Assembly: GCF_044704955.1 (NCBI RefSeq)
Contig: NC_091984.1
Location: 146,444,001 to 146,508,000 of the forward strand
Direction: 5' to 3'
From: Pristiophorus japonicus
Taxonomy: Eukaryota
DNA: 64,000 nt
Shown here one piece after another: positions 61,782 through 64,000 of the stretch. The notes under the pieces are model-generated. The model saw only the letters and a list, made by a program, of their open reading frames with translations. It did not search any database and had not been told where the DNA came from. The position numbers and the translations under genes are program-made. How positions within the stretch are numbered: the stretch's first letter is position 1; each line of letters starts with the position of its first letter.

Positions 61782-64000
61782 CTCTCAGGTGGGCGTTAAT
61801 GATCCCATGCCACTATTTTGAAGAAGAGCAGGGGAGTTCTCCCCAGTGTCCCGACCAATATTTATTCCTCAATCAACATGACAAAAACAGATTGGGGACG
61901 AAATTTCCCCGCTGTGTGAAAGGGATGTGTTTTCCCTGGGGGGGGAGGGGGCCTACCCGATCCCGAGGGATTTAGCAGAGACGTGAAGCGGATAGCGCCC
62001 CGTGAGCCGTGTCCGCGCCCCGTGAGCCGTGTCCACGTACCGTGAGCCGTGTCCACGTCCCGTGAGCCGTGTCCGCGCTAGGCCTGTGGGTCACGAACCG
62101 GGCCGCACTTCGCTCGCGGGGCGAAACTTACCGGGAGATGCGCACCGCCGCGCCCCGCCATTTGTTTTTGCCGACTTACCCGTCGGGCCTTTCTGTGCCG
62201 ATGTGGTGGGGTCGGTGCCGTCATGGTGCAGCCTGACACTCGCCCCCGAGCCCACCCCCAGGGGAAGTGCAGCGCACCACATTGCGCTCCACTTCCTGTC
62301 AGGGGCCGTGACCCCAATTTTGCTTCCGGGGCAGGAATTGGGCGTGGCAAAATTAACCGCCCCAAACCGGGGCGATACACAATTTGGGCCCATTATCTGG
62401 TCATAGTCACATGTGGGAGCTTGCTGTGTACAAACTGTCTGTCGTGTCTCCTCCATTACCGCAGTGACTACACTTTAAAAGTACTTCATTGGCTGTAAAG
62501 CGCTTTTGGACGTCCTGAGGTGGTGAAAGGCGCTATATAAATGCAAGTCTTTCTTTCCAATTCAGCTCTACATCTTTGAAACCCAAACCCGCGGACAGTG
62601 ACGGACAGATAAAGACCCTGTGGTCCATCCAGCCCGTCCCACACAATTGTGATACCTTGTGTATCACAGTATAGACTCTCCACCCCACCCAAAACTACCT
62701 GATCTCCTGGGAGAGGCGAAAAACCAGGGAAAAAACCCATTGAGGGAAATAAATCTGGGAAACTCCTCTCCGACCCCACCCCCTCCCCCACACCAGGCGA
62801 TGGAAACTAGTCCAGGAGGTCATTGTGGCCCTGAGTTCCTTGCAGTAACTACCTTCTGTAAGTGGTGATCTCCACACCGGCCACAAACAGGTCCTGCACT
62901 CGCTTATGTACAGCTCATGGATTTAAAATTACAAGCTTTCCCCACAGTGTCAAGTGCTGCAAATACTGTGTTACATTATCAGAGTTATATTCTCACTGTC
63001 TGTCATTGTCACAACACTTGCTATATAAATGCAAGTTGTTGTTGTGTTCAGGGGCCGCTGTATCTGGCTCAGGCTTCTTATCCATCCCCCCTTCCCTTCC
63101 CCCTCCATTGGGGGCCGTGCCTTCAGCTGCCTGGGCCCGAACTCCCTGCTCCCTAAATCTCTCTGCCACTCCATCCCTCTCCTCTTTTAAGACCTCCCTT
63201 CAAACCCAATCTGTGACTGAGGGTTTTGATCACCCTCCCAGCCCCTCCCCCTTTGACTCAGCACCACTTTGACCAGATTACGCCTCTGTCAGCTGCCTTG
63301 GGATGTTGTTCTAATGTTCCAGTTACGATAGCAATGCAGGTTGTTGCTGCTGTACCTGGCGGCAGAGCATCTCTGTGTGGATATGCCCCGTGCACCGAGC
63401 TCCGCGGTGAGGCCTCCCACAGTGGAATGGCCTGCTGATGCTCGCTGCAGTGCGGAGTGGCTGCTGACCCACCAATCGGTCTGAGACACCGCCTCACGAG
63501 CGGACGAGGAGATACACGCTGAGATCCACCATCAAATGACACGTGGGGAACTGGAAATGTTTCTGCAAACCTGACTGGAGGTTTGGTACAAACGGGTTTT
63601 ACAAACCAATCAATTGAGTGACACAGAAATTGTCCAAAAATTTGGTCTTTTGAACCAACATCGCCCCCTTTTGGTATGAAGGAAGCACTGCCAATTTCCC
63701 TCACAATTTGACTGAGCTGCAATTTTCAATGTCTCAATACGTGGCTCGCTGTCAATCTTTATTCTATAACGCTCCTTTGAAGCGCTTGGGGAGTTTTACT
63801 GTTTTAAAGGTGCTGTATAAAAGTTGCTGTTGTTGCTTGTTCTGAGTTAGCTGATTCAACTGAGGTCAGGATATGACTCACAGCTCAGACTGTGCGGCAT
63901 CCAGTGATGCAATGTTGTATCGTGGGTTCAAGTCCCACTCCAGGGACCTGATTGCAAAATAAAGACATACATTACTGTGCAGTCCTGAGGGAGTGCTGCA
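61782..64000 (-). repeat. Inverted copy of arm A (runs off the window end)
   Basis: Reverse complement of 14883-17767, with only ~4 VNTR units. Confidence 0.92.

Overview
Repeat-rich cartilaginous-fish (shark) genomic DNA. The only intact host gene is one unrearranged immunoglobulin kappa-type (NS4/type III-like) light-chain minicluster on the minus strand. It comprises a promoter (~37.1 kb), leader exon 36954-37002, V 36468-36766 with a 12-spacer RSS, J 34940-34974 with a 23-spacer RSS, and C 25976-26304. The rest is mostly transposon-derived. There are two near full-length CR1 LINEs with tandem TATA-containing 5' monomers, plus many CR1, L2, RTE and Tx1 fragments and Deu-domain SINEs. A 7.6-kb env-less retrovirus-like LTR element has two RNase H-type domains and a tRNA-Arg PBS. 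Also present are a 3-kb non-autonomous Gypsy (Mag-like) element with a 5-bp TSD, a decayed Harbinger transposon and several minisatellites. The sequences flanking the IgL cluster on both sides recur, inverted and in mirror order, at 53.1-53.8 and 61.8-64 kb with no V, J or C between them, suggesting an 'empty' paralogous cluster. All calls were made by eye. TE boundaries are approximate and identity values are visual estimates.
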